Below are positions 55,690-64,000 of a stretch of DNA of 64,000 bases, in pieces. Within the stretch, counting starts at the first letter, position 1. Each line of letters starts with the position of its first letter. Source of the stretch: a bacterium (GTDB taxonomy: Bacteria; Patescibacteriota; Minisyncoccia; Phycocordibacterales; UBA9973); the NCBI GenBank assembly GCA_021824345.1, contig JAKAKW010000004.1, positions 11,019-75,018 on the forward strand. The letters are read 5' to 3'. The notes under the pieces were generated by a model. It did not search any database. It saw only the letters and a program-made list of their open reading frames with translations, and was not told where the DNA came from. The translations under genes and the position numbers were made by a program.

Positions 55690-56145
55690 ATGAATACAAA
55701 ACTCCAAATCGTTCTTTTCGCCGTTCTTGCCCTGATAATTCTTCTGGAGACCGGCTGGATGATAAAGACGGAAAAGCGCCTGAAGCGGATTTTCCTTGGA
55801 AAGAAAGGAAAAGATTTAGAAGAATCGATTGAAGACATGCAAAGAAAGATTTCCGTTCTTGAAGAAGCGAAGAAAAATCTAGAAAAAGAAACCGGGACGA
55901 TCAACGCGAAGTTGAAGAAAAGCATCCGAGGGCTAGAGACCGTGCGCTTCACTCCTTTTCGGGGCGAAGGCGGCAATCAAAGTTTTGCCATCGGCATGTT
56001 GGACGAAGAAGGAGACGGAGTGGTTATTTCCAGCCTGTATTCCCGCGAACGTATGAGCGTGTTCGCCAAGCCCGTAAAAAAGGGGCGCGCGGAATATGAA
56101 TTGACAGCGGAAGAAAAAGAAGCGCTGGAAAAAGCGAAAGTGTAG
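55690..56145 (+). CDS. DUF4446-like protein (N-terminal TM, coiled coil, conserved C-terminal domain)
   Basis: 'VRFTPFRGEGGNQSFAIGMLDEEGDGVVISSLYSRERMSVFAKPV' resembles the DUF4446 core from memory. Confidence 0.35.
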   Translation: MNTKLQIVLFAVLALIILLETGWMIKTEKRLKRIFLGKKGKDLEESIEDMQRKISVLEEAKKNLEKETGTINAKLKKSIRGLETVRFTPFRGEGGNQSFAIGMLDEEGDGVVISSLYSRERMSVFAKPVKKGRAEYELTAEEKEALEKAKV

Positions 56146-56205
56146 CGAACCCCGGGGGCTCCGTACCCGGAAAAGATTATACCAAAGGGAGCGTCCCGTA
56201 TTTTT

Positions 56206-57768
56206 TTGTTAAGAGCTTCAAAGAAAGCCATGGAAAAGAAAAGCGACAATTTAATAGAGCGTCCGCCGGTTGTGGCCGTGATGGGACACATTGACCACGG
56301 CAAAAGCACCCTGCTTGACTATATAAGGAAAACGAATGTGGTGGAAAAAGAAGCGGGCGGCATAACTCAGGCTATTTCCGCATACGAGGTAATGCACAAG
56401 GATGAAGAAGGCAAGGACAGGAAAATAACTTTTCTGGATACTCCCGGCCATGCGTCCTTTTCAAAGATGCGCGAACGCGGCGCCCAGGTGGCGGATATAG
56501 CCATTCTTATTGTCTCGGCCGAGGACGGAGTGAAGCCCCAGACCATAGAGGCAAAGAATACCATTGAGGAAAGCGGAACCCCCTACCTTGTGGTCATCAA
56601 TAAAATAGACAAGCCGGGCGCCAACATAGAAAAAACCAAACAAGAGCTTGCGGAAAACGAAGTATATCTTGAAAACTATGGCGGAAAGATTCCTTGCGCC
56701 GAAATCTCCGCAAAAACGGGCGAAGGAGTGGACAATCTTCTTTCCCTTATCAACATTATGGCTTTGATGGAAAATTTTACCGGCGATCCCGGGAAGGAAG
56801 CTGCCGGATTCGTGATAGAAGCGAATTTGGATCCGAGACGAGGAATAGAAGCCACCCTGATCATTAAGGACGGCACTTTAAGGAAAGGAATGTGCGCTGC
56901 TTGCGGAGAAAGCGTGGGATCTACCAATATCATGGAAAATTTCCTGGGGAAATCTGTAAGCGAAGCGAGCTTCTCTTCCCCTGTCCGCCTTGTGGGTTGG
57001 AGCAAACTGCCGGCGGTTGGATCCCAATTCAAATCCTTCTCCAGCAAGCGGGAAGCGGAAAAATGCGCCACGGAGGAAAAAAGCAAGATGGACGAGGCGA
57101 GAAAAAAAGAAAACGGCCTGGCCGCTTCTTCTGAAACGGAAGAAGGCGCGGACGCGTCGAATAAAAAAATCATTCCAATCGTCTTAAAAGCCGATACGCT
57201 CGGAAGCATAGAAGCGATAGAGAAAGAAATCGCCGGCATCAAGCGGGACGGCGCAGAGTTTAGAATAGTGCAAAAAGGAGTGGGGCCGATATCCGAATTC
57301 GATATCAAAACGGTATCATTTCCGGAAAATACTTTAGTGGTCGGATTCAATGTAAAAACGGACAAAAGCGCCATGGAGATATCCCAGCAAAAAGGAATAA
57401 AAATTTCCCTTTTTGACATAATTTACAAGCTTACCGAATGGCTGGAAACGGAAATTAGCGAGAGAGAACCCAAAAAAGACGCGGAAGAAATACTCGGCAG
57501 GGCTAAGGTGCTGAAAATTTTCAGCCGGACCAAAGAAAAGCAAGTGCTGGGCGGCAAGGTATTGGAAGGAAAAATTTCCGCGAACGGCGCGATTCGGATC
57601 ATGCGCCGAGATTTTGAAATCGGACGGGGAAGAGTGGCCAACCTGGAGAAAAACAGGGCAAAAACGGGCGAGGTGGAGGAAGGAGCGGAATTCGGAATGA
57701 TGCTCGATTCAAAAACGGAAATCGCTTCGGGAGATATTTTGGAATTTTTCTCCGTTAACGCCAGATAA
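56206..57768 (+). CDS. infB: Translation initiation factor IF-2, short form lacking the N-terminal domains
   Basis: G-domain '[17 protein letters not shown]', 'DTPGHASF', 'NKIDK', beta-barrel domains. 520 aa; the start may be MEKKSDN at 56230. Confidence 0.88.
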   Translation: MLRASKKAMEKKSDNLIERPPVVAVMGHIDHGKSTLLDYIRKTNVVEKEAGGITQAISAYEVMHKDEEGKDRKITFLDTPGHASFSKMRERGAQVADIAILIVSAEDGVKPQTIEAKNTIEESGTPYLVVINKIDKPGANIEKTKQELAENEVYLENYGGKIPCAEISAKTGEGVDNLLSLINIMALMENFTGDPGKEAAGFVIEANLDPRRGIEATLIIKDGTLRKGMCAACGESVGSTNIMENFLGKSVSEASFSSPVRLVGWSKLPAVGSQFKSFSSKREAEKCATEEKSKMDEARKKENGLAASSETEEGADASNKKIIPIVLKADTLGSIEAIEKEIAGIKRDGAEFRIVQKGVGPISEFDIKTVSFPENTLVVGFNVKTDKSAMEISQQKGIKISLFDIIYKLTEWLETEISEREPKKDAEEILGRAKVLKIFSRTKEKQVLGGKVLEGKISANGAIRIMRRDFEIGRGRVANLEKNRAKTGEVEEGAEFGMMLDSKTEIASGDILEFFSVNAR

Positions 57769-57775
57769 AAAATAC

Positions 57776-58099
57776 ATGCCAGGAAAAAGAAATGAAAAAA
57801 TGGCCAGTTTTGTAAAAAGCGCCGGCGCGGAGCTTTTGGAAACAGAAAGCAACGGCGAGGCTCTGATCACGGTAACCTCCTGCAACGTATCCCCCGACCT
57901 CAAAAACGCTACTCTGTACATAAGCGTACTGCCGGAGGAGAAGGAAAACGCCGCTCTCGGGTTTTGCAAGCGCCGGCGGGCGAAGCTGCGCCAGGCGCTG
58001 AAAAAGAATCTCCATACTAAAGTCGTCCCTTTCGTGGACATTGAGCTCGATATGGGAGAAAAAAACCGCAGGAGAATTGACGAACTCTTGCGGGATTAG
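57776..58099 (+). CDS. rbfA: Ribosome-binding factor A
   Basis: KH-like 'ITVTSCNVSPDLKNATLYISVL' with a C-terminal basic region; its position after infB is canonical. Confidence 0.8.
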   Translation: MPGKRNEKMASFVKSAGAELLETESNGEALITVTSCNVSPDLKNATLYISVLPEEKENAALGFCKRRRAKLRQALKKNLHTKVVPFVDIELDMGEKNRRRIDELLRD

Positions 58100-58152
58100 T
58101 TATTTTTACTTTTTTCTTGCAAGATAGGATTTTACCACTTATAATTTAATAT

Positions 58153-58893
58153 GTGGGAGTTAAATATAATGTAAATGAAAAGTTTTTTGAAAAATGGTCT
58201 TCAAGCATGGCTTATGTATTAGGGTATATATACGCTGACGGAACTTTGATAAATGCTCCTTATATGAGAGGAAAATATATAAGCCTAACAAGCAAAGATA
58301 AGGATTCTTTACTAAGAGTTAGGGGATGGCTGGACTCCGAGCATAGAATTGTAAAAAAAAGGACTTCCGGTTTCATAAAAATGAACGTTATATATTTACT
58401 GAGAATAGGAAGCCACAAAATATATGACGATTTGGTAAAACGAGGTCTATTTCAAAATAAATCCTTAACAGTAGGTTTTCCCAAGGTTCCCCAAAAATAT
58501 TTAGGGCATTTCGTAAGAGGATATTTTGACGGAGATGGGTGCATTAATTTTCAGAAAGGGATTGGCAGTAAGAATCAAGTAATTATAAAAAGGATTCGAA
58601 CTATATTTACATGCGGAAGTAAAAAATTTTTAACAGGATTAATGGAAAATCTTGAAGAAAATGGAGTTAAGAATGGAAAAATTTATTTCAGTCAGAGAGC
58701 TTATCAATTAAAGTACCCAAATGGCGATTCTATAAACCTTTTTAAGGTAATGTATGGAAATGCTGGCACAAATTCATTTTTTATGCGAAAATTCAGCATA
58801 TTCAAAGAATACTTTGAATTAAGACCGCAAAGGGTTGATTTAAAAATAAAAAAAATATTAAGTTATCATTCAAATGGCCACGTGGTGAAGTAG
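58153..58893 (+). CDS. Free-standing double-motif LAGLIDADG homing endonuclease
   Basis: Two LAGLIDADG motifs, 'YVLGYIYADGTL' and 'FVRGYFDGDGCI'. The gene and its flanks are markedly AT-rich relative to the rest of the window. Its last 18 nt overlap the downstream tRNA-like gene. Confidence 0.8.
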   Translation: MGVKYNVNEKFFEKWSSSMAYVLGYIYADGTLINAPYMRGKYISLTSKDKDSLLRVRGWLDSEHRIVKKRTSGFIKMNVIYLLRIGSHKIYDDLVKRGLFQNKSLTVGFPKVPQKYLGHFVRGYFDGDGCINFQKGIGSKNQVIIKRIRTIFTCGSKKFLTGLMENLEENGVKNGKIYFSQRAYQLKYPNGDSINLFKVMYGNAGTNSFFMRKFSIFKEYFELRPQRVDLKIKKILSYHSNGHVVK

Positions 58894-58948
58894 CTAACAC
58901 AGCGGTCTGCAAAACCGTCATTCGCGGGTGCAAATCCCGCCGTGGCCT
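58876..58948 (+). tRNA. tRNA-Cys-like (anticodon GCA) with atypical D-loop and T-loop (TGCAAAT); possibly degenerate
   Basis: Acceptor GGCCACG/CGTGGCC, anticodon arm GCGGT-CTGCAAA-ACCGT, T-arm GCGGG-TGCAAAT-CCCGC; the D-loop lacks the canonical GG. It overlaps the 3' end of the endonuclease ORF. Confidence 0.45.
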
Positions 58949-58973
58949 CATGTGCCCGGTAATTTGAAAATCC

Positions 58974-59057
58974 GCTCGAGTGCCGGAACTGGTATACGGA
59001 ATCGACTTAAAATCGATCGGGCGAAAGCCCTTGTGGGTTCGACTCCCACCTCGAGCA
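58974..59057 (+). tRNA. tRNA-Leu (anticodon TAA), class II
   Basis: Acceptor GCTCGAG/CTCGAGC, anticodon arm ATCGA-CTTAAAA-TCGAT, long variable arm CGGGCGAAAGCCCTT, T-arm GTGGG-TTCGACT-CCCAC. Confidence 0.75.
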
Positions 59058-59112
59058 CAGAAAGATTGTTGAAGCAATCTTTTAAAAATGATATAAATTG
59101 TCAGTGACATAT

Positions 59113-59185
59113 CCGCCCATAGCTCAGCTGGTAGAGCACTCGCCTCTTAAGCGATTGGTCCCAGGTTCGAACCCTGGTGGGCGGA
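59113..59185 (+). tRNA. tRNA-Lys (anticodon CTT)
   Basis: Acceptor CCGCCCA/TGGGCGG, D-arm GCTC-AGCTGGTA-GAGC, anticodon loop CTCTTAA, T-arm CCAGG-TTCGAAC-CCTGG. Confidence 0.75.
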
Positions 59186-59215
59186 CAAGGAAAAGGTTAG
59201 ACAGGAAATATTCTT

Positions 59216-59297
59216 GCTGGGGTGGTGAAATTGGTAGACACGTCAGTTTTAGGAACTGATGCCGAAAGGCTTGGGAGTTCAAGTCTCCCCCCCAGCA
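59216..59297 (+). tRNA. tRNA-Leu (anticodon TAG), class II
   Basis: Acceptor GCTGGGG/CCCCAGC, anticodon arm TCAGT-TTTAGGA-ACTGA, variable arm TGCCGAAAGGCTT, T-arm GGGAG-TTCAAGT-CTCCC. Confidence 0.75.
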
Positions 59298-59366
59298 CAA
59301 AATCGCCAAATATGAAAAAGTTCATCATGACTTGACAATTTTGTTCAAAAGTGCTATACTGGCGCA

Positions 59367-60263
59367 ATGAATAAAATTATGAAAAACCAAATAAATAAAG
59401 GATGGAATGCGGTTCTGGGAATCATTGGAATTTTGGCCTTATCGGCCGTTATTCTGGCGGGCATCCCTAACACTGCAAGCGCCTATATGACTTTTTACTC
59501 TCCGGCGCCTTTTTCCAACACTGTTGATTACACCAACAGCTACGGCACTTATAACAACGGCTATAGTTATAACAATAACTACAACAACGGCAATCAGGGA
59601 AACAATTACAACAGCAATTACAATAATTATAATAACAATTACAATAATCCCTCCCCTTACATCAACAGCATAACCCCTAGCACCACCACCGCTGGCGCGG
59701 GAGGCGCGGTAATTACCATTAAAGGAAACGGCTTTGTCTCCACTTCCATCGCTCAGTTTGACGGAACAAACTATCCGACTACTTACGTAAGCTCCAGCGA
59801 GCTTCGGATGGATGTTTCTTCCGCTGCCATCAGCAATTCCGGGCGCTATTATGTTTCCGTCAGCAACCCCGCTCCGGGCGGAGGATTCTCCAATCCTGTT
59901 CCTTTTACGGTAAATAAGCCGGTCGCGGTAAATTCTTCCGCTTCATCTTATACCGGATCTTCCACCGCCGGGTATGCCAATACTTCGTCTTATAATTCTT
60001 CCAATAATTCATATTACGGAGCCAGCGCCGGAACCGCTTATCGCAATAACTATGGATATGCCGGAACGAACTTCGCGGATACCTCCGGAGAAAGCGCGGC
60101 GGCTCTGACCTCCAACGCCATCTTCGGATCCGACAGTTTCTTGCCTACCGGAATTCTACAGTGGATACTTTTCATCATCCTGGTACTGGCCATCATCTTC
60201 ATTTGGCGCCGATTTTTCGGAAGCACGGCCAAATACCACGCCACTCCCTTGAAGCACGCGTAA
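59367..60263 (+). CDS. Cell-surface protein: signal peptide, Asn/Tyr-rich low-complexity region, IPT/TIG-like Ig domain, Ser/Thr/Asn-rich stalk, C-terminal TM anchor
   Basis: Signal-peptide-like 'AVLGIIGILALSAVILAGIPNTASA'; 'NNGYSYNNNYNNGNQGNNYNSNYNNYNNNYNN'; IPT-like 'ITPSTTTAGAGGAVITIKGNGFVS...YVSVSNPAPGGGFSNPVPFTV'; C-terminal 'ILQWILFIILVLAIIFIWRRF'. Confidence 0.6.
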   Translation: MNKIMKNQINKGWNAVLGIIGILALSAVILAGIPNTASAYMTFYSPAPFSNTVDYTNSYGTYNNGYSYNNNYNNGNQGNNYNSNYNNYNNNYNNPSPYINSITPSTTTAGAGGAVITIKGNGFVSTSIAQFDGTNYPTTYVSSSELRMDVSSAAISNSGRYYVSVSNPAPGGGFSNPVPFTVNKPVAVNSSASSYTGSSTAGYANTSSYNSSNNSYYGASAGTAYRNNYGYAGTNFADTSGESAAALTSNAIFGSDSFLPTGILQWILFIILVLAIIFIWRRFFGSTAKYHATPLKHA

Positions 60264-60338
60264 GAAAAACGTAGAATGTAAAAAGAAAAACCATCTTATG
60301 AAAGATGGTTTTTCTTTCATAAGATGGTTTTATTGATT

Positions 60339-60923
60339 TTATTTTTCCGCCTTTTTCCTTAAGAGATATTCTTTATTATAGCTCTTTAAAGGCTCTACCT
60401 GGCTGAAATGGGGCAATCTACTTTCTAATTCTGGCAATACCTGCAACGCAAATTTTCTATATTCTGACCAGGTTAGTTTGCAATCATGAGCAGCTTCATC
60501 CCAATCATCAGGAAAATACCCTGAAGGCGAAAAATAATAATGGTATTTATGAGTATCAAGACTTGAAACTTTTACATTTCTATTTTTTTTGTCCTGATTT
60601 ACACAAGCCTCTGCCGTAAAATACGCTAACAAGTTTACTATCCGCACAATTTCATCTTGGGAATGACTTTCATGTATTGAATCTAAGCTTACTCCAAATT
60701 TTTTTTTGCAAAAGTAATCTAATTTTTTTGTCGTTTTTTGCTCCATTTGTTGCTCAAAAGAATTTTCACTTTTTTTCATTATCTTCTCCCATTCTAATCT
60801 TTTCCTGGAAGAAAATGGACGCAAAAGATATACTCTTTCCCTTGGACCACCAAGTAGAAAAGACAAGGCGTACATTAATGCAAAAAAAAGTATTAATGGA
60901 ATAATAATTGCTATTATTTCCAT
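60339..60923 (-). CDS. Hypothetical protein with an N-terminal TM helix (AT-rich gene)
   Basis: 194-aa ORF with no recognisable motifs; low GC like its neighbours. Confidence 0.4.
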   Translation of the reverse strand: MEIIAIIIPLILFFALMYALSFLLGGPRERVYLLRPFSSRKRLEWEKIMKKSENSFEQQMEQKTTKKLDYFCKKKFGVSLDSIHESHSQDEIVRIVNLLAYFTAEACVNQDKKNRNVKVSSLDTHKYHYYFSPSGYFPDDWDEAAHDCKLTWSEYRKFALQVLPELESRLPHFSQVEPLKSYNKEYLLRKKAEK

Positions 60924-61362
60924 AACATTTTTCCTTTCCGATGTTCAACATCGAATTTCTGTATCTGAATTGGTACAGGCCTGGAAATGTTCTTCATTGC
61001 CAGGCATAAAGCACAGATGCCTTATGTCTGGCAATGAATTATATTGTCAAGTTGCTTATTGTTAATACAATACAATTTTTAATGATTAGTCAATAGCTTG
61101 ACTTATTTATATTTTATGTTATACTACCTATTAAATTAAGCTCACTGACAAAAGTTATTTTTCAGTTTGTTTATTTGCGACATAAGGCGAGAGAAATATA
61201 TAAGCTTGCTTATATATTTCCTAGCCGAGGAACGAATATAGTTTCCGCAGCAATGCGCAAATCTAAAATTTTGTTGTCTGTGATTTGCTGCGGGAACTAT
61301 ATTATAGCGCCCGAAAAGTTTAAATAAAAAACTAAAATAATAACAAATAAAAGGAACGCAAA

Positions 61363-62406
61363 ATGGTAACTGCATTGATAATACTAGGAATTGTCCTGGC
61401 AGTAATGTTCTGGGCGGCTGGTACTATTCTCGAAATCAAAAAACTAGCCAAAAAAGACACGCACCTTACCACAATCATGCCCGAAACGGGCAAATTGGTA
61501 AAATTAGGGGAAGACATAGTAAAAGTCCTAACCAATATGAGAGACGGACACTATAACGATAAGGGAGACTGGCGTCCGGTACCTAAATCACTCGGTCATC
61601 TTTTTAAAGAACTTGGAGTAGTATTTTTTGGAATATCACCTATATACGAGATATATAAATTTGATTTCCGGTTTTCTGAATACGTCGAAAAAGAATCTCA
61701 GGAAGTGACGGGAATGACGTATAAAATCGTACACAGGAAGGAGACGGTTGATTCTTTCAAAAGATACTATACTCACGCAGTGGAAAATAAAAAGATTGAA
61801 CTCAATGACGGATCAAAAATAGATATGGTTGTATTGGTAACTTTTGAAATCTTAAATATCATAAAAGTTATATTTAAGATAAAACCTGATGGTATTATTC
61901 TTGCCCAAGCTGAGGCAGGCATTCAGTCGGCGATAAATGATGAGATGAGAAAAGAAAGCTATCAGACTTTTCGAAATACTCTTGATAAAAGCAATCCTGA
62001 TTCAGGGTTCGTGAAAGAGGTTATTAGCAGGGCTAATAATATCATTGAGAGAGAGTTCCATCTCCGTGTTCTTTTAATTGAAGTTAAGTATTACGATTTA
62101 TCTGAGGGAGAACCTGGGGATAAAGAATTCATCCAGGCTCAAAAATCAGTGGAACTTGCAAGATTAACAGGGGAAGCAAAAGTTGAAGCAGCAAAACAAA
62201 GACTGCAAGCTAGAACTATTGATGCAGCGGCCGACGCACATTACTTTGATTCAATTAAAAAAATAGTTGGAGAAAAAAACATAGGAGAATATGCAAACTT
62301 GGAACAGGTAAAAAATACAAAGCTCCTTGTTTATAATTCTCCAGAAACTGCCCTGGTATTAGACCCAAGTAAAGCAAGCGGAGGTCAAGATGATAAAATT
62401 TCTTAA
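61363..62406 (+). CDS. SPFH/band-7-like membrane protein (tentative)
   Basis: N-terminal TM; central beta-rich region; C-terminal Ala/Glu-rich coiled coil 'VELARLTGEAKVEAAKQRLQARTIDAAADA', as in stomatin/flotillin-type proteins. Confidence 0.4.
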   Translation: MVTALIILGIVLAVMFWAAGTILEIKKLAKKDTHLTTIMPETGKLVKLGEDIVKVLTNMRDGHYNDKGDWRPVPKSLGHLFKELGVVFFGISPIYEIYKFDFRFSEYVEKESQEVTGMTYKIVHRKETVDSFKRYYTHAVENKKIELNDGSKIDMVVLVTFEILNIIKVIFKIKPDGIILAQAEAGIQSAINDEMRKESYQTFRNTLDKSNPDSGFVKEVISRANNIIEREFHLRVLLIEVKYYDLSEGEPGDKEFIQAQKSVELARLTGEAKVEAAKQRLQARTIDAAADAHYFDSIKKIVGEKNIGEYANLEQVKNTKLLVYNSPETALVLDPSKASGGQDDKIS

Positions 62407-62968
62407 ATTCTTGGCATATATTCCAAATGTGATTATTGGAATATTTTCCAACGGTTCTTCAACAAAAGGAGAAGAAACTGGAGAGCAGGAAAAGAAGGAT
62501 ATTACCCACTCTTCTGGCAAGCACACAAAAAAATCCAAGCTCGGAACTACTGTAACAATATTCGGCATCATCGCCGGCATTCTATTCATTATATGGTTGG
62601 GAACCGGCGTAGTAAGTTTTGTTAAATACATACTGACTCCTTCTCCAAAATACTGTTTTGAGGAGCAGTATGTTCCAGTAGATTCAGGGTTTGTAAAACC
62701 TGGCACTAGCTGGATTACTTCCGAAATAAACTACAAATTCAGGTTCGGAAGCACGGGGAATGCTCACAACTTTTTCGTCCAGTTCACCTCCCAAAAAGGC
62801 GGCTGGACAGATTCATTATTGCTAAGGGCGCATGAATTCAATCCAAACATGCTAGCGCCCTACATGACTCAAGGTCCCGCCAGAGTGACCGCGGGACCGG
62901 AAGAAAAAGAAGGTTTTATGGTCACATTGTACAAACAGACCGTGGTCCGAGTGGCCGCGGTAAAATAG
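62390..62968 (+). CDS. Hypothetical membrane protein (N-terminal hydrophobic segment, internal TM, Cys-containing ectodomain)
   Basis: 192-aa ORF overlapping the upstream gene by 17 nt; no known motifs. Confidence 0.4.
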   Translation: MIKFLKFLAYIPNVIIGIFSNGSSTKGEETGEQEKKDITHSSGKHTKKSKLGTTVTIFGIIAGILFIIWLGTGVVSFVKYILTPSPKYCFEEQYVPVDSGFVKPGTSWITSEINYKFRFGSTGNAHNFFVQFTSQKGGWTDSLLLRAHEFNPNMLAPYMTQGPARVTAGPEEKEGFMVTLYKQTVVRVAAVK

Positions 62969-63051
62969 AAAGGAAAAATTAAACGCAAGAGGGAAATTTT
63001 GCTAAAGCAAAATTTCCCTCTTTTTTATTTCCGTACTTTTTCCCGAACCTT

Positions 63052-63405
63052 CTAAGGCGTCCCGACCGGCGGAATCTGGGGATTATAGCTGTTCAGATGA
63101 ACTGTCCCCTGCTCCGGGGTAATTCCCTGGATACTGAAAGTATTCAGAATTATGTTCATAATTGCCCACACGCCGATCATAATAGTCATTCCAATTATTC
63201 CCCAAAGCACATGGTTCTTTCCTTCGGTCCTTTTTTCTTCATTGTCCGCATTCGCCACGAACTGAAATACCCCATAGAGGAAGAAAACCGTAGCCAGCGC
63301 GAAAAGAAGCACTATCAGCGGATTTATGATCAAGGTATCCACCTTGGTCATGAAATCGCCCAGCTTGTCGGCATAAGCCACGTTCGGGGAAAAAAGGTCA
63401 AACAT
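63052..63405 (-). CDS. Small two-TM membrane protein, paralog 1 (pilin/TrbC-like topology)
   Basis: 117 aa: 'LIVLLFALATVFFLYGVFQFV...EEKRTEGKNHVLWGIIGMTIMIGVWAIMNIILNTF'. Same pattern as the adjacent gene. Confidence 0.5.
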   Translation of the reverse strand: MFDLFSPNVAYADKLGDFMTKVDTLIINPLIVLLFALATVFFLYGVFQFVANADNEEKRTEGKNHVLWGIIGMTIMIGVWAIMNIILNTFSIQGITPEQGTVHLNSYNPQIPPVGTP

Positions 63406-63417
63406 GTATAAAGTCTT

Positions 63418-63798
63418 TTAGTAAGGCAGGGCCGGAGGAGCTACTGTTGCGGAAGTGTTCAATCCGAAAGTATTGGTAACGATTCTAACGATTCCCCACA
63501 AGGCGATAATAACCGCCAAGCCGATGATGCCGTAGATCATTTTGTCCCTTCCGCGAGTCTTTGCCTCTTCATCTTGAGAAATCACGAACTGCACCACGCC
63601 CCAGACGAACAGAATCACGCCTAATGCGATCAATACAGGAAGAAGAACTCCCAGGATATTGCTCACAACGCAGATGATTGACTGAATGGTGCTAGGCTGA
63701 ATGCTCGGATCAGAACAAGATATCTGCGCCGAAGCGGCGAATGGAATCACGCTCAAACCGACCAAAGAAGCTGATAATACTGCTAATTTGCTTTTCAT
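63418..63798 (-). CDS. Small secreted two-TM membrane protein, paralog 2 (pilin/TrbC-like topology)
   Basis: Signal peptide 'AVLSASLVGLSVIPFAASA', then 'VLLPVLIALGVILFVWGVVQFV...EEAKTRGRDKMIYGIIGLAVIIALWGIVRIVTNTF'. Confidence 0.5.
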   Translation of the reverse strand: MKSKLAVLSASLVGLSVIPFAASAQISCSDPSIQPSTIQSIICVVSNILGVLLPVLIALGVILFVWGVVQFVISQDEEAKTRGRDKMIYGIIGLAVIIALWGIVRIVTNTFGLNTSATVAPPALPY

Positions 63799-64000
63799 AA
63801 TTATTCCCTAATTAAGGGATTAATGATAATGTCCGCCGGCATTTGCCGTAGCGGAAAGCGACCTTATAACTTCACTTATTAATTTCAAAGCCCTGTTTAA
63901 GCTTTTTACAATTATATCATAAAAATAAGGACGGAAGCGAATGCTGTGGATTACTCTCAGATGCTTTTACTGGTTTTTTACTTGCGGTAAGGCATATTCA

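Noticed and set aside
58100-59100. Group I intron with a LAGLIDADG ORF interrupting a tRNA gene
   Set aside because: All four neighbouring tRNAs fold as complete, uninterrupted genes. The 'GGTTCGACTCCCAC' segment that first looked like a displaced 3' exon belongs to the intact tRNA-Leu(TAA).

Overview
This 64-kb window is densely packed bacterial DNA, mostly transcribed on the minus strand. The compact gene layout, short IF-2, short AlaRS, frequent leaderless promoters and a LAGLIDADG endonuclease make it read like a small-genome lineage, possibly a CPR/Patescibacteria-like bacterium (inference).

Recognisable housekeeping genes:
- 5'-partial dnaB, recR, cysS, an arginase-family enzyme, and a ribosomal/alpha-operon block (rpsI, rplM, rplQ, rpoA, rpsD, rpsK, rpsM, rpmJ, infA).
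- Short alaS, mgtC-family, mnmA, a DnaQ-like exonuclease, mltG, typA, clpB, an IscS/NifS-like cysteine desulfurase, infB, rbfA and six tRNAs.

The heat-shock genes grpE, dnaK and dnaJ are all present on the minus strand but are not contiguous. They are split by about 25 kb of unusual content:
- Two tandem arrays (6 + 5 copies) hold a 550-610-aa cysteine-rich protein family that I cannot name. Each copy has conserved zinc-ribbon-like terminal modules, and one copy carries a premature in-frame stop.
- Array A is flanked on both sides by two paralogous FtsK/HerA-superfamily P-loop ATPases.
- Copies share identical ~90-115-bp blocks in a mosaic pattern, which points to gene conversion.

Other features:
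- Two families of short G-rich palindromic hairpin repeats are scattered through the window. Each is inserted in frame into a conserved housekeeping gene (recR and the cysteine desulfurase), RPE-like. Elsewhere they form terminator-plus-promoter cassettes.
- Several promoters place an extended -10 box only 4-8 nt upstream of the ATG, implying leaderless mRNAs.
- The 3' end (58.1-63.8 kb) is AT-rich. It carries a free-standing LAGLIDADG homing endonuclease abutting a tRNA cluster, an N/Y-rich IPT-domain surface protein and small paralogous membrane proteins.
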